DNA of 24,000 nt from Arenicella sp. 4NH20-0111 (GCF_040366405.1 NZ_BAABWF010000001.1:886563-910562), one strand, 5' to 3'. Counted from the stretch's first letter, positions 9,621 to 18,906 are shown. Numbers and translations: made by a program. Notes: a model not told the origin generated them from the letters alone.

Positions 9621-10427
9621 TCACTGTTTATAGCTCAACGACACCTCATAAAACGGGTGATCTGACACACCAACTTCCAGTGTTCGACCTTCATGCACGT
9701 TAAAACCTTTAGTCAGAATCCAATCGATTCGATCTGGATCATTGGCGTCTATCCCGGCAACAGAGATGGCGTCGGTGATCTCAATATCTTTTAATGCGCT
9801 AGCCAGCGCTTGTGTTTGGGCTTTGCTGTTAAAATCACCAACCAACACCGCTAGAGGGTATTTCGCAAACTCCCTTAGAACGACGTCTAATTGCTCTTCA
9901 CGTCCATTTTTGGTGTGTAAATGGGTGTTGATAAAATGAAAACTCCTGCCTTGCCATTCTACTTTTGCAACCGTCATGTTACGAAAGCTTTTGCCAGACT
10001 GGTCTGGAAGCATAATGGTGTGCCATTCAACAACATTTATCTTACTAAGCAGGGCATTTCCTCGATGTTCTCGCAGCCATCTCCTTCTTGTTGCGTTGAA
10101 TATCCACGCAAAGCCGCCGTGACTCGAGAGGTGTTCACTCTGCTGACCACCTACACCAAATAGATTAAGTAGACTGGGAGCATAGACCTCTTGAATACCA
10201 GCTAAGTCGACGTCTTTGATTACGTCGGCGGAAGCGTTTATGTTTCGTTTTCCGTCATCACTCTTGCCTGTTTGAATATTGTACGTGGCTACTCGGAGTT
10301 TATCGGGAGAATAATTTTCTGAAAATTTTCCTCTCAACTCCTTACCTGATTTGTTTCCCGCTGGCGTCGCCTTTCGAGCCCACAGCGCAATGGCAAAGAT
10401 GACAATGAGAGCAATTATTTTAATCAT
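9621..10427 (-). CDS. Secreted endonuclease/exonuclease/phosphatase (EEP) family protein
   Basis: 268-aa ORF with an N-terminal signal/TM (IIALIVIFAIALWA). EEP motifs are present in order: ATYNI, IQEV, GNALLS, NTHL, GDFN, DWIL, SDHP. Confidence 0.82.
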   Translation of the reverse strand: MIKIIALIVIFAIALWARKATPAGNKSGKELRGKFSENYSPDKLRVATYNIQTGKSDDGKRNINASADVIKDVDLAGIQEVYAPSLLNLFGVGGQQSEHLSSHGGFAWIFNATRRRWLREHRGNALLSKINVVEWHTIMLPDQSGKSFRNMTVAKVEWQGRSFHFINTHLHTKNGREEQLDVVLREFAKYPLAVLVGDFNSKAQTQALASALKDIEITDAISVAGIDANDPDRIDWILTKGFNVHEGRTLEVGVSDHPFYEVSLSYKQ

Positions 10428-10475
10428 GACGGAGTCTCTTATGCTCGATTAGTTAGATTTGTTGAGTTTTGTTGG

Positions 10476-11282
10476 TTATTTGCAGGCGACTAAGTACGCT
10501 ACATAAGATAAGCATGCTTCGCCCTCTTCGGTTTTTGTGAATATGCCGTCGCCGCTTTCGCCATCCTCGTCAGTGCCTTCCCAATAACAGTCGGCTGAGG
10601 CAAACCCAGCCTCGATTAATATTTCACGTAATTCAGGCAGGCCCCATAGGCGCCAATCGTAGGTAAAAGCATCTTGCATCTCTGTTCCGTCTGGAAACCG
10701 AAAATGAATATGTAAGCGCGCCTCACCAGTGATCGGATTGATTGAATCTTGGTCCCAAACGTAGGTAAAGCTGCCGTCGTCTTGCTCGGTCTCTTCTTCC
10801 ATTTCTTGGATGCTTTCAGGCCCGCCATGGAGATCACAAATAAAAATGCCATCGTCCGCCAAGTCTTCATACACCCGTTTAAAGTAGTCAAGCATTTCTA
10901 CTCGAGTCTTAAAAATCCAATACGAAAAATTTTGCGCGCATCTTACGTCAGGTGATTTCCTGCTCGGGTTACGCGCGTCTTCTTCAAATTGTTGGACTCT
11001 ATCAGCGTCTTTTCCTAACGGCGCAAGGTTGTGCTTTTTTCCCCACCTTAATGGTTCTGGATCAATGTCGTAAGATTCGGTTGTACAGTGTTTGCCCAGT
11101 CGGACCCAATAAGAGGACAGTAGGCAAGTGCCGCAAAAATCTTCTCTGAAGTGTTTGGGTTTTTTTCCGCGCACCTCTTTGTATGTATCAAACAAAAAGT
11201 CTGCATCTTGTTCTGCTGATTGCACAGCGCGTTGATACAAGACGTATTTGTCTGCTGTTTTAGCGGTAAATTTCTTTCCCAT
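10476..11282 (-). CDS. Probable class I SAM-dependent methyltransferase-like protein
   Basis: 268-aa ORF. REDFCGTC (motif I-like, compare DxGCGTG), YDIDPEPL (acidic end of beta-2) and GIFICDLHG suggest a Rossmann methyltransferase fold. The assignment is by motif only. Confidence 0.45.
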   Translation of the reverse strand: MGKKFTAKTADKYVLYQRAVQSAEQDADFLFDTYKEVRGKKPKHFREDFCGTCLLSSYWVRLGKHCTTESYDIDPEPLRWGKKHNLAPLGKDADRVQQFEEDARNPSRKSPDVRCAQNFSYWIFKTRVEMLDYFKRVYEDLADDGIFICDLHGGPESIQEMEEETEQDDGSFTYVWDQDSINPITGEARLHIHFRFPDGTEMQDAFTYDWRLWGLPELREILIEAGFASADCYWEGTDEDGESGDGIFTKTEEGEACLSYVAYLVACK

Positions 11283-11578
11283 ACTGCTGGCTGTTTTGGC
11301 TATGAATTTATGTCAAGAGTTTAGCTGAAAAGAGCCCACGGAAGTAGGCATGAATTAGACGCTTTACTTTACTATTTAGCACTCCTTGCCGATGAGTGGT
11401 TTTTTCTGTTTTCACAAACGACTATGATGTGTGCTTAGCTGTAATTTGGTTGCAAGTTCACGTTGTAATTTGGGGTAGATTAACACTGCACTTTTGAGTG
11501 TCTATTTTAATAACATCACGTAAGTTATTGAATTTTTTGGCAAGTGCTTTTGTCAACATATTTTTCAAAAAATATGAG

Positions 11579-11587
11579 TTATACACA
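11579..11587 (+). promoter_or_regulatory. Perfect DnaA-box consensus TTATACACA
   Basis: Exact match to TTATNCACA, immediately after an AT-only near-palindrome CATATTTTTCAAAAAATATG (11557-11576). Confidence 0.4.
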
Positions 11588-11753
11588 AAATTTGAATTGC
11601 CCTTAAAAATCTTGAGTCTGATCACTGTAATGTCTTTGAAATATTTATTAACACCATAAGCTATTGATATTAAACGATAATTTAAACTGCTTAAAAAATG
11701 AGCAGACTCTGTGAGGCCAATGTTTACGCCGTGTTACAGTGCCGAAACGCATT

Positions 11754-11800
11754 TTACCCACAAAGTTATCCACAGGTTGTGTGAGTAACTTTGTGGGTAA
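11754..11800. promoter_or_regulatory. Palindromic cluster of four DnaA-box-like 9-mers upstream of priA
   Basis: The boxes are TTACCCACA (11754-62), TTATCCACA (11766-74, perfect), TGTGAGTAA (11780-88, reverse) and TGTGGGTAA (11792-800, reverse). Spacers are 3/5/3 nt. The outer 18-bp arms 11751-11768 and 11786-11803 are perfect reverse complements. Confidence 0.5.
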
Positions 11801-11842
11801 AATATCTAAAAAAAACTTGACTCCGCTAAAGCCGCATAAAAC

Positions 11843-14116
11843 ATGAGTTTGCAGGAAAACCGTCCGCATAAAGACCTGATAGTTTCGGTGGCAGTTCCTG
11901 TCCCTCTTAGGCAAACGTTTGACTTTTTGGTGCCTAAAAGTTTGCTCGATCCGCCCATGTCAGACTCGCCTGGGGGGGAGGTGAATGTGGCGGCAAGAAC
12001 GCGCGTTAAGGTGTCGTTTGCAAACCGGACATTGATCGGTGTCATTGTAGAGGTGAAAACCGAGTCTGATTTTCCGTTGAGTAGGCTTAAGCCAATCGTT
12101 GAATTGTTCAGGGACCCACCTCTCTTTGACGATGCTCTCTGGAATAGTTTGCTGTGGCTTTCTCGTTATTACTTGGCGCCGATAGGCGAGGTTTTGGAAT
12201 CGGCCTTGCCGGTTTCTCTTAGAAAAGGCAATGAGTTAACGCCTTCGTCCGAAAGAGTCTGGAGACTTTCAGAGCACGGTCGTAGTTCGGCGGTAGACGA
12301 GTTAAATAGAGCACCCTTGCAGCTAGCAATAGTTCGCCGTTTCATGAAGCAAAGCACACTCAGTTCTAAAGAGTTTAAACAAGAGTCTGGCAATTGGCAT
12401 TCACCAGTTAAGAGTCTTGTTGATAAAGGTTGGTTAGAAGAGTTTACTCAAGAGCCTATTTTATTGGGCTCTGATATTTGTGAGAAAAGTAGCGTTACGT
12501 TAACCAATGAACAGAGTGTCGCGACCGAAGCATTGACAGACTTGATGAACGCCGAAGAGTTTTCTTGTTCACTATTGCACGGTGTGACTGGAAGCGGGAA
12601 AACCGAAGTCTACTTTGACATCATTGGAAAAACGTTGGCAAAGGGTAAAACGGTTTTAGTGCTTGTGCCTGAAATTGGCCTCACACCGCAATTGCTTGAG
12701 CGAATACAGCGACGTTTTGAGCAACCGATGACCGTATTGCATTCAGGCCTTAATGATACTGAACGACACACAGCTTGGTGGCACGCGAGTCAGGGGCATG
12801 CAAAAATTGTGCTTGGAACTCGTTCGGCGGTCTTTACACAGATTCCCAAACTGGGACTCATTGTGGTGGACGAAGAGCACGATGGGTCGTTTAAACAACA
12901 AGACAGCGTTCGTTATCAGGCGCGGGATTTGGCCGTGTACCGGGCAAAGCAAGCAAACGTGCCAATAGTGCTGGGCTCGGCGACTCCGTCAATGGAGACC
13001 TACGCCAATGCAAAGGCAGGAAGGTATTTACACCTACGATTAACAAAACGAGCCAGTGATGTGGCTCTGCCAAAAATTGAACTGTTTGATTTAAACACGC
13101 AGCCGGTTATTGACGGACTTTGCCCTGCCATGACCGAGGCGGTTGAACATACGTTATCAACCGGTAAACAGGTCATGCTGTTCTTAAACCGGCGTGGGTA
13201 TGCTCCCGTTCATTATTGTGGAGAATGCAAACAAGCGGCTAAATGTCATCGTTGTGATAGTAACCTTACTGTGCATCAGCGTGCTAATCGACTTCGTTGC
13301 CACCATTGTGGTTATGAGGGGCGGTTGCTTAATGATTGCCGTAGTTGCCACACCAAAGATTCGATGCTTGAGGTTGGGGATGGCACGCAACGAGTTGAAT
13401 CGGCATTGGCCACGCGTTTTCCTGAGGCAAGAGTTCAACGTATTGATCGTGATAATACCCAACGCAAGGGTGCATTAACGGCCGTGCTAGAGAAAGCCAG
13501 AAACAGCGAAGTCGACATTATCTTAGGTACCCAATTGATTACTAAGGGCCATGACTTCCCTAACGTTGGCATGGTTGGAATATTAGAGTGTGATCACGGT
13601 CTGTACAGCACAGACTATCGAGCTACTGAAACTTTGTTTCAGCAAGTTCTTCAAGTTTCGGGTCGGGCCGGTCGCCGTCAGGACGTCGGGCGAGTGTACA
13701 TTCAATCGAGATTTCCCGAACACCCATTTTTTGACTATATTAAGCAACATGACTTTGATGGGTTTGCGGATAACCTGCTTGCTGAACGCAAATCAGTGGG
13801 CTTTCCACCGTTTGGGTATTTTGCCTTACTTAGGGCCGAATCAACGCATCAAGCGAAAGCCTTACAATTTTTGCGCAGAGCTAAATCTGATTGTGGTCAA
13901 CAAGATGGTGTCATCGTGATGGATGCGGTGCCAGCTCCCATGGAGAGAAAAGCAGGCCGGTTTCGTGCTCAACTATTGTTTATGTCTTCGCAACGCTCTT
14001 CTCTAAACGCCATGTTATCGAATTGGTTACACTACATAGCGACAGACAAAGAGGCTAAAAAAGCAGCCTCATCGGTCCGATGGAATTTGGATATAGACCC
14101 ACTAGATCACTATTAG
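11843..14116 (+). CDS. priA: Primosomal replication restart helicase PriA (protein N')
   Basis: 757-aa ORF. It has the N-terminal VAVPVPLRQTFDFLVP, Walker A GVTGSGKTEVY, DEEH box VVDEEHDGSFKQ, and a Cys-rich zinc region CGECKQAAKCHRCDSNLTVHQRANRLRCHHCGYEGRLLNDCRSC. It is colinear with E. coli PriA. Confidence 0.95.
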   Translation: MSLQENRPHKDLIVSVAVPVPLRQTFDFLVPKSLLDPPMSDSPGGEVNVAARTRVKVSFANRTLIGVIVEVKTESDFPLSRLKPIVELFRDPPLFDDALWNSLLWLSRYYLAPIGEVLESALPVSLRKGNELTPSSERVWRLSEHGRSSAVDELNRAPLQLAIVRRFMKQSTLSSKEFKQESGNWHSPVKSLVDKGWLEEFTQEPILLGSDICEKSSVTLTNEQSVATEALTDLMNAEEFSCSLLHGVTGSGKTEVYFDIIGKTLAKGKTVLVLVPEIGLTPQLLERIQRRFEQPMTVLHSGLNDTERHTAWWHASQGHAKIVLGTRSAVFTQIPKLGLIVVDEEHDGSFKQQDSVRYQARDLAVYRAKQANVPIVLGSATPSMETYANAKAGRYLHLRLTKRASDVALPKIELFDLNTQPVIDGLCPAMTEAVEHTLSTGKQVMLFLNRRGYAPVHYCGECKQAAKCHRCDSNLTVHQRANRLRCHHCGYEGRLLNDCRSCHTKDSMLEVGDGTQRVESALATRFPEARVQRIDRDNTQRKGALTAVLEKARNSEVDIILGTQLITKGHDFPNVGMVGILECDHGLYSTDYRATETLFQQVLQVSGRAGRRQDVGRVYIQSRFPEHPFFDYIKQHDFDGFADNLLAERKSVGFPPFGYFALLRAESTHQAKALQFLRRAKSDCGQQDGVIVMDAVPAPMERKAGRFRAQLLFMSSQRSSLNAMLSNWLHYIATDKEAKKAASSVRWNLDIDPLDHY

Positions 14117-14151
14117 ACGATCGCAGTAATGACCTGATTTCGTTGGTTGGC

Positions 14152-14682
14152 TTACTCTTCAAGCACGGAGACCATCAGGTCATCCGATACGTCCTCTAAT
14201 ATTTCTTCCAAGTTTGATTCACTCATGTCGTCGGGCATGGCCAATGAAAGGTGTGCTTTGAACAGCATGTAGCCGGCCATCGATGCGCTACTGACTTCGG
14301 TGTCTATGTTGTCAACGTTTACGTTATTTTCAGCTAAGGCTTGGGTTATTTCTTGGACAATGCCTGGACGGTCGTTGGCTTCGACCATGATATACAGGGC
14401 ATTCACTTCATCATCGTCGCTCTTGATCCTGGCATCGTGATGTACGGTGATGTTGATGCCTTCCTCGCTTAAGTTTGCAAGCGCGGCGGATAGTGAGTCT
14501 CGTTTATCTTCGGTGACTTCAAAGTGAACGATGCCAGTAAATTGACCGCACAGCCGAGACAGGCTGCTCTCTTGCCAACTCGCGTTGTGCTTAAGTGCTG
14601 TATCTGACAGGCTTCTGACGATTCCAGGGCGATCTTCGGCGAAGACGGTAATAACAACCGTTTTTAAATTTGATGCGTTCAT
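14152..14682 (-). CDS. Tandem ACT-domain protein (GcvR-like, glycine cleavage system regulator family)
   Basis: The track ORF 14152..14778 overlaps selO, so I place the start at internal ATG 14682 (MNASNLKTVVITVFAEDRPGIV...), giving 176 aa. There are two ACT-type repeats, each with DRPGIV, as in GcvR. Confidence 0.68.
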   Translation of the reverse strand: MNASNLKTVVITVFAEDRPGIVRSLSDTALKHNASWQESSLSRLCGQFTGIVHFEVTEDKRDSLSAALANLSEEGINITVHHDARIKSDDDEVNALYIMVEANDRPGIVQEITQALAENNVNVDNIDTEVSSASMAGYMLFKAHLSLAMPDDMSESNLEEILEDVSDDLMVSVLEE

Positions 14683-14710
14683 AAGAATAATTTGTTTATG
14701 TAGTCGTTTA

Positions 14711-16288
14711 TTACGATGAGCAGGATAACATTGAACAGCCAACTTTGGTGCGCGCCCATTCAGGGCGTTTTTGTGCATAGACTTCGAATTCTGGCTGTTC
14801 GTCGTAAGGCTTGCGCAATACGTTCAACAGCTCATTGACCATAGAATGGTCACCGTTCTCCGATTTATCAATGGCTTGTTGTGCTAAATAGTTTCGGAAT
14901 ACGTATTTAGGATTAACGCTATTCATGAGCGCAAACCGAGTTTCGTTTGACGAGGAACAGCCGTCCGTGCGAGTTTGGTAGGTTGTTAGCCAAGCTTCCA
15001 GTTGTGATTTGTATTCCGAACTGTGTTCGGATTGATAGAAAACGCCATGCCGACAGAAGTGATCGTAATCTAAATTTTCGTGGGCCAATGCACGGTAAAA
15101 CCGAGTCATGTCAGTTTCCGTAGCAACAAGCAGACTTTCAAGCTGCTTAAGCAGTTCGGAATCACCGGCCATAACCTCATTCAAACCTAGCTTAGTGGCC
15201 ATCATCCGTTGCCATTGCTCAGAGTAGCTGGATTGAAAATCCGTGAGTATTTGCTCAAGCTGTTCGGTTTCCTCAATAAGAGGATAGAGTGCATTCGCAA
15301 GCTGGTAGCAATTCCACAATGCGATATTCGCTTGATCACCGAAGCGGTAGCGGGCTTGGTTAGCGTCGGTTGTATTCGGAGTCCAGTCTGGGTTGTAGTC
15401 GTCTAACCAGCCGTAAGGGCCGTAATCTATGGTTAAACCGTGGATTGACATATTGTCGGTGTTCATCACGCCGTGCACAAAACCCACTCGCATCCAATCA
15501 ACGATCATGGTGACCGTGAGATCACATACTTTAGAAAAGAATGCGACGATGCAGTCTTTTGTGTACCCTGATTCATCCGCAGGATATTGCTCTAGTAATT
15601 CGGGGTAATAGTGACGAATAGTGTATTGGGTGAGCGCGCGAAGTTCGTCTAATTCGTTGCGCGATGCAAAAATTTGAAAGCTGCCAAAACGGATAAAGCT
15701 CGGTGCCATACGACACACGACGGCACCGGGCTCGTAAGCGGCGTTGCCATCATAGAGCATGTCTCGCATTACCTGTTCACCCGTCGTCATTAGGCTTAAT
15801 GCACGCGTTGTTGGTACGCCTAAGTGGTGCATGGCTTCACTGCAGATGTACTCTCTTACTGAAGAGCGTAAAACCGCTAAGCCATCGGCTGTTCTTGAGT
15901 ACGGGGTAGGCCCAGCGCCTTTAAGCTGTAAAGCCCAGCGTGCGCGGTTCTCATTGACAACTTCGCCGAGGTTGATGGCTCGGCCATCACCGAGTTGGCC
16001 CGCCCAATTGCCAAACTGGTGCCCGCCGTAACACATGGCGTATGGCTTCATTCCGTCGAGTAATTTGTTTCCACTAAAGGCTTCCAAAAACGGCGTGCTT
16101 GCGTGGTCGGCATCAGACAAGCCTATAAGCTGACCAGCCTCTGCCGAAACGCTAACGATCTTTGGGCCGCTTACCGGCGTTGGAGCAACATACGAAAAAC
16201 AGGCGTTGTTAACTTGGCGTCGCTGATTGGTGGTTTGACTGTCGGCTGGCAGCTCTTCAGTGAAACGGTTGTCGAAATTTAGCTTCAT
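14711..16288 (-). CDS. selO: Protein adenylyltransferase SelO (YdiU/UPF0061 pseudokinase-fold AMPylase)
   Basis: 525-aa ORF. GGHQFGNWAGQLGDGRAINLGE, LKGAGPTPYSR, GVMNTDNMSIHGLTIDYGPYGWLD and a C-terminal ...CSS tail all align with E. coli YdiU. Confidence 0.92.
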   Translation of the reverse strand: MKLNFDNRFTEELPADSQTTNQRRQVNNACFSYVAPTPVSGPKIVSVSAEAGQLIGLSDADHASTPFLEAFSGNKLLDGMKPYAMCYGGHQFGNWAGQLGDGRAINLGEVVNENRARWALQLKGAGPTPYSRTADGLAVLRSSVREYICSEAMHHLGVPTTRALSLMTTGEQVMRDMLYDGNAAYEPGAVVCRMAPSFIRFGSFQIFASRNELDELRALTQYTIRHYYPELLEQYPADESGYTKDCIVAFFSKVCDLTVTMIVDWMRVGFVHGVMNTDNMSIHGLTIDYGPYGWLDDYNPDWTPNTTDANQARYRFGDQANIALWNCYQLANALYPLIEETEQLEQILTDFQSSYSEQWQRMMATKLGLNEVMAGDSELLKQLESLLVATETDMTRFYRALAHENLDYDHFCRHGVFYQSEHSSEYKSQLEAWLTTYQTRTDGCSSSNETRFALMNSVNPKYVFRNYLAQQAIDKSENGDHSMVNELLNVLRKPYDEQPEFEVYAQKRPEWARTKVGCSMLSCSS

Positions 16289-16291
16289 ACT

Positions 16292-17866
16292 CTATTTGGA
16301 TTGATTGTCGCTGTATTCTAACTGCCCTTTTAGAAAGTGAATTAGAAAGATAACTGGGATGCCAATGGCACTGGCAAAAAGGAAAAATTGAGTGTAACCA
16401 AAGGTATCCACAAGAGTCCCAGAATAGCCACCGACAATTTTTGGAAACAGTGTCATGATCGAGCTAAAAATGGCGTATTGGGTCGCCGTGAAAGAAATGT
16501 TCGTTAGGCTGGACATCCACGCTATAAATGCCACGGTGGAAAAACCTTGAGCGAGGTTGTCGAAGGTGATGACAACGGCAAGTTCCAGAGGGAAGTTGAC
16601 CGTTCCATAGAACGGCAGAGTTAGATTAATATTGGTGTGATCCTGGCCCACTAAGGTTAGCCAGCAAAACAGTAAGTTGGTAGCAACCACAAACACGGCT
16701 GCGCCTTGCAGCGTTTTCAACACTCCAATTCTAAGCGCTACGATACCGCTTATAAAACTTCCGAAAATAGAGACAACGAGACCAAAGGCTTTTGAAAGCG
16801 CGCCAATCTGAGTTTTGCTGTACCCCATATCTTGATAAAAAACGTTAGCGATCACCCCCAGCACAATATCGGAAATTCGATAAAACAATATCAGCATCAG
16901 CATCCATACCGCGAGCTTACCGTAACGACTAAAGAAGTCCTGCACGGGTTGAATGTAGCTTTCGTCAACCATGCGTTGGTTGATTAGCCCACGTTTCGAA
17001 GATAACAGTGCCATTGCATAGGCGGTGCCAAGCCCCGTAAACAAGATGACGGTATTGTAGATAAATTTAAACAGAGATTGGGTGCCGCCTGAAAAGAGCT
17101 CAGGCGCTTTGGGGCTTAGCCATAAAATCCCCGCAAAGGCCGCAATGGAAACAATAAACGTACCAATAAAGCTAAAGTAATCTCGGTTGGCGTAGTTTTT
17201 TTTCTTGGCTGTAATAGTCGGCTCACGGATGAATAAGGTGGTGAGCACACCAATGAGCATGGTCGCAGCAACAATCAGGTAAGTCTTTTGCCAAGCCAGA
17301 TAGCTGTAGGAATCTGCCGTACTGCCGAACCCTTCTGCCAAGGATAATGCCACCGCGCCAGCCATCATCATGCCTATCCGGTAGCCGGTGATGTACGTGG
17401 TCGCCAACATCGCTTGCAGGCGTGGGGGCGCTGATTCGATTCGATAAGCATCAATAACGATGTCTTGCGTGGCAGAGGCAAAGCCAAGACAGACCGCCGC
17501 TATTGCCATGGCCGTAAGATTGGTCTTAGGGTCGGTGAAGGCCATTAACGTAATGGAACTAATGACGGTCATTTGTGAAAACAGAATCCAACTGCGACGC
17601 CGACCAAGCATTTTGGTTAATACCGGGATGGGTAGTTGGTCTATCAGTGGAGCCCAAATAAATTTAAACGAATACCCCAAAATAGCCCAAGAAAAAAATG
17701 TGGCCGTTGATCGGCTAACACCAGCTTCTCGTAACCACAAAGACAGAGTGCCAAAGATGAGCAGAATGGGTACTCCTGCCGAGAACCCCAAAAATAGCAT
17801 GACCCACACGGGCTTTTCTTGCCACCACTTAACCTCAGCGGTGTTGGCGTCTTCAATGTTGGTCAT
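16292..17866 (-). CDS. ampG: AmpG-family muropeptide/MFS permease
   Basis: 524-aa polytopic ORF. LGFSAGVPILL, FKFIWAPLIDQ, GRRRSWIL, FASATQDIVIDAYRIE and SFTATQYAIFSS match AmpG signature segments. Confidence 0.85.
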   Translation of the reverse strand: MTNIEDANTAEVKWWQEKPVWVMLFLGFSAGVPILLIFGTLSLWLREAGVSRSTATFFSWAILGYSFKFIWAPLIDQLPIPVLTKMLGRRRSWILFSQMTVISSITLMAFTDPKTNLTAMAIAAVCLGFASATQDIVIDAYRIESAPPRLQAMLATTYITGYRIGMMMAGAVALSLAEGFGSTADSYSYLAWQKTYLIVAATMLIGVLTTLFIREPTITAKKKNYANRDYFSFIGTFIVSIAAFAGILWLSPKAPELFSGGTQSLFKFIYNTVILFTGLGTAYAMALLSSKRGLINQRMVDESYIQPVQDFFSRYGKLAVWMLMLILFYRISDIVLGVIANVFYQDMGYSKTQIGALSKAFGLVVSIFGSFISGIVALRIGVLKTLQGAAVFVVATNLLFCWLTLVGQDHTNINLTLPFYGTVNFPLELAVVITFDNLAQGFSTVAFIAWMSSLTNISFTATQYAIFSSIMTLFPKIVGGYSGTLVDTFGYTQFFLFASAIGIPVIFLIHFLKGQLEYSDNQSK

Positions 17867-17994
17867 GGTGCGATTCTATTTTGTATGTTGTTGCTTGGAT
17901 GGCGTGCCCGCAAGAAGTGTGGGCGGAAACTATAGCAAGCTATTTATGACATTGGTCCCGTGTGACAATCTATTAAGCCCGTTTCGGTATTTCT

Positions 17995-18810
17995 CTAAAT
18001 ATCGTATTCAATTACCAGCGGAGCATGGTCAGAGAATCGTTCCTCCTTGTAGATTAGGTCAGACCCAGCAATCACTTTGTCTCTTAAGTTTTCGGTAATT
18101 ACATGATAGTCAATACGCCAGCCCGTGTTGTTTGCCCACGCCTGCCCACGATTAGACCACCACGTGTATTCGTCGTCTTGATCATTGATAATTCGAAACG
18201 CGTCGACTAAACCGGCGTTACCGCCGCGGCCGCCTTCAGTTTCTGGTTCCGCGTCGCCAAACAACCAATCCATCCATTGTCGTTCCTCGGGTAAAAAGCC
18301 AGAATTCTTTTGGTTGCCACGCCAGTTTTTTATGTCGCGTTTCTTGTGGCATATATTCCAGTCTCCGCAAATAATGCCTTGTCGACCAGATTGAGCGAGT
18401 TCGGTCAACGTTTTCTCAAATCGGCCCATCATGTCTATCTTAAACGCTTGGCGTTCTTCTTTGCTGGATCCAGATGGCATATAGAGAGAAGCAACACTTA
18501 GATTGCCAAAATCCACCTGCAAATAACGACCTTCAAAATCAACATCTTCGAAGCCTTCGCCCAACCCTATTTGAACGCGGTCGGGTTTTTGCTTACAGTA
18601 AATGCCAACGCCGCTGTAGCCCTTTTTCTCGGCCGAATGAAAATACGTGTGGTAGCCCTCCGGATGAAATGGTTCACCTTCGATTTGATCCGGCTGTGCT
18701 TTTAACTCCTGCAAGCAGATTACGTCTGCGTCCAATGTCTTGAGCCACTCGAACATCCCTTTACGGGCGGCGGCGCGGATACCATTTACATTAATTGATG
18801 CTACTTTCAT
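17995..18810 (-). CDS. xthA: Exodeoxyribonuclease III (AP endonuclease)
   Basis: 271-aa ORF. MKVASINVNGIRAA..DADVICLQELK, GDWNICH, WWSNRG, RIDY and SDHAP are typical Xth/EEP motifs. Confidence 0.92.
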   Translation of the reverse strand: MKVASINVNGIRAAARKGMFEWLKTLDADVICLQELKAQPDQIEGEPFHPEGYHTYFHSAEKKGYSGVGIYCKQKPDRVQIGLGEGFEDVDFEGRYLQVDFGNLSVASLYMPSGSSKEERQAFKIDMMGRFEKTLTELAQSGRQGIICGDWNICHKKRDIKNWRGNQKNSGFLPEERQWMDWLFGDAEPETEGGRGGNAGLVDAFRIINDQDDEYTWWSNRGQAWANNTGWRIDYHVITENLRDKVIAGSDLIYKEERFSDHAPLVIEYDI

Positions 18811-18906
18811 TGTTTCTTCATGCAGTAAATACGAAGCTTAATCGTATTGGTTATAGTTAGGTGAGCCTACGACAGCGTGCACCTGAGCGTGTAATGCGGG
18901 GCTCAA

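Noticed and set aside
11283-11842. Possible chromosomal replication origin (oriC), given the DnaA boxes and AT-rich DNA
   Set aside because: Only one GATC occurs in 560 bp (11620-11623). There is no recognisable array of AT-rich 13-mer unwinding repeats, and the flanking genes (methyltransferase-like, priA) are not a known oriC context such as gidA/mioC or dnaA/rpmH. A regulatory or DnaA-titrating role is more defensible.
11648-12045. Minus-strand ORFs 11648-11914 (88 aa) and 11806-12045 (79 aa) upstream of or overlapping priA
   Set aside because: They run antisense across the priA 5' end and the DnaA-box palindrome. They have no SD and give Cys/Arg/Phe-rich, non-protein-like translations.
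14683-14778. 32-codon N-terminal extension of the ACT-domain ORF
   Set aside because: It overlaps the 3' end of selO (stop 14711) in another frame, and the extension sequence (MHKNALNGRAPKLAVQCYPAHRNK..) is not ACT-like. The internal ATG at 14682 gives a GcvR-sized protein starting just before the first DRPGIV ACT motif.
17460-18098. 212-aa + strand ORF, and other long antisense ORFs (for example 6005-6520, 1441-1800, 3592-3915, 1157-1468, 15759-16031)
   Set aside because: All lie almost entirely (fully, in the case of 3592-3915, 6005-6520 and 15759-16031) within well-supported genes on the opposite strand (ampG/xthA, srkA, mtgA, GspE-like, hemB, selO). Their products are low-complexity or Arg/Ser/Cys-rich, typical of shadow frames.
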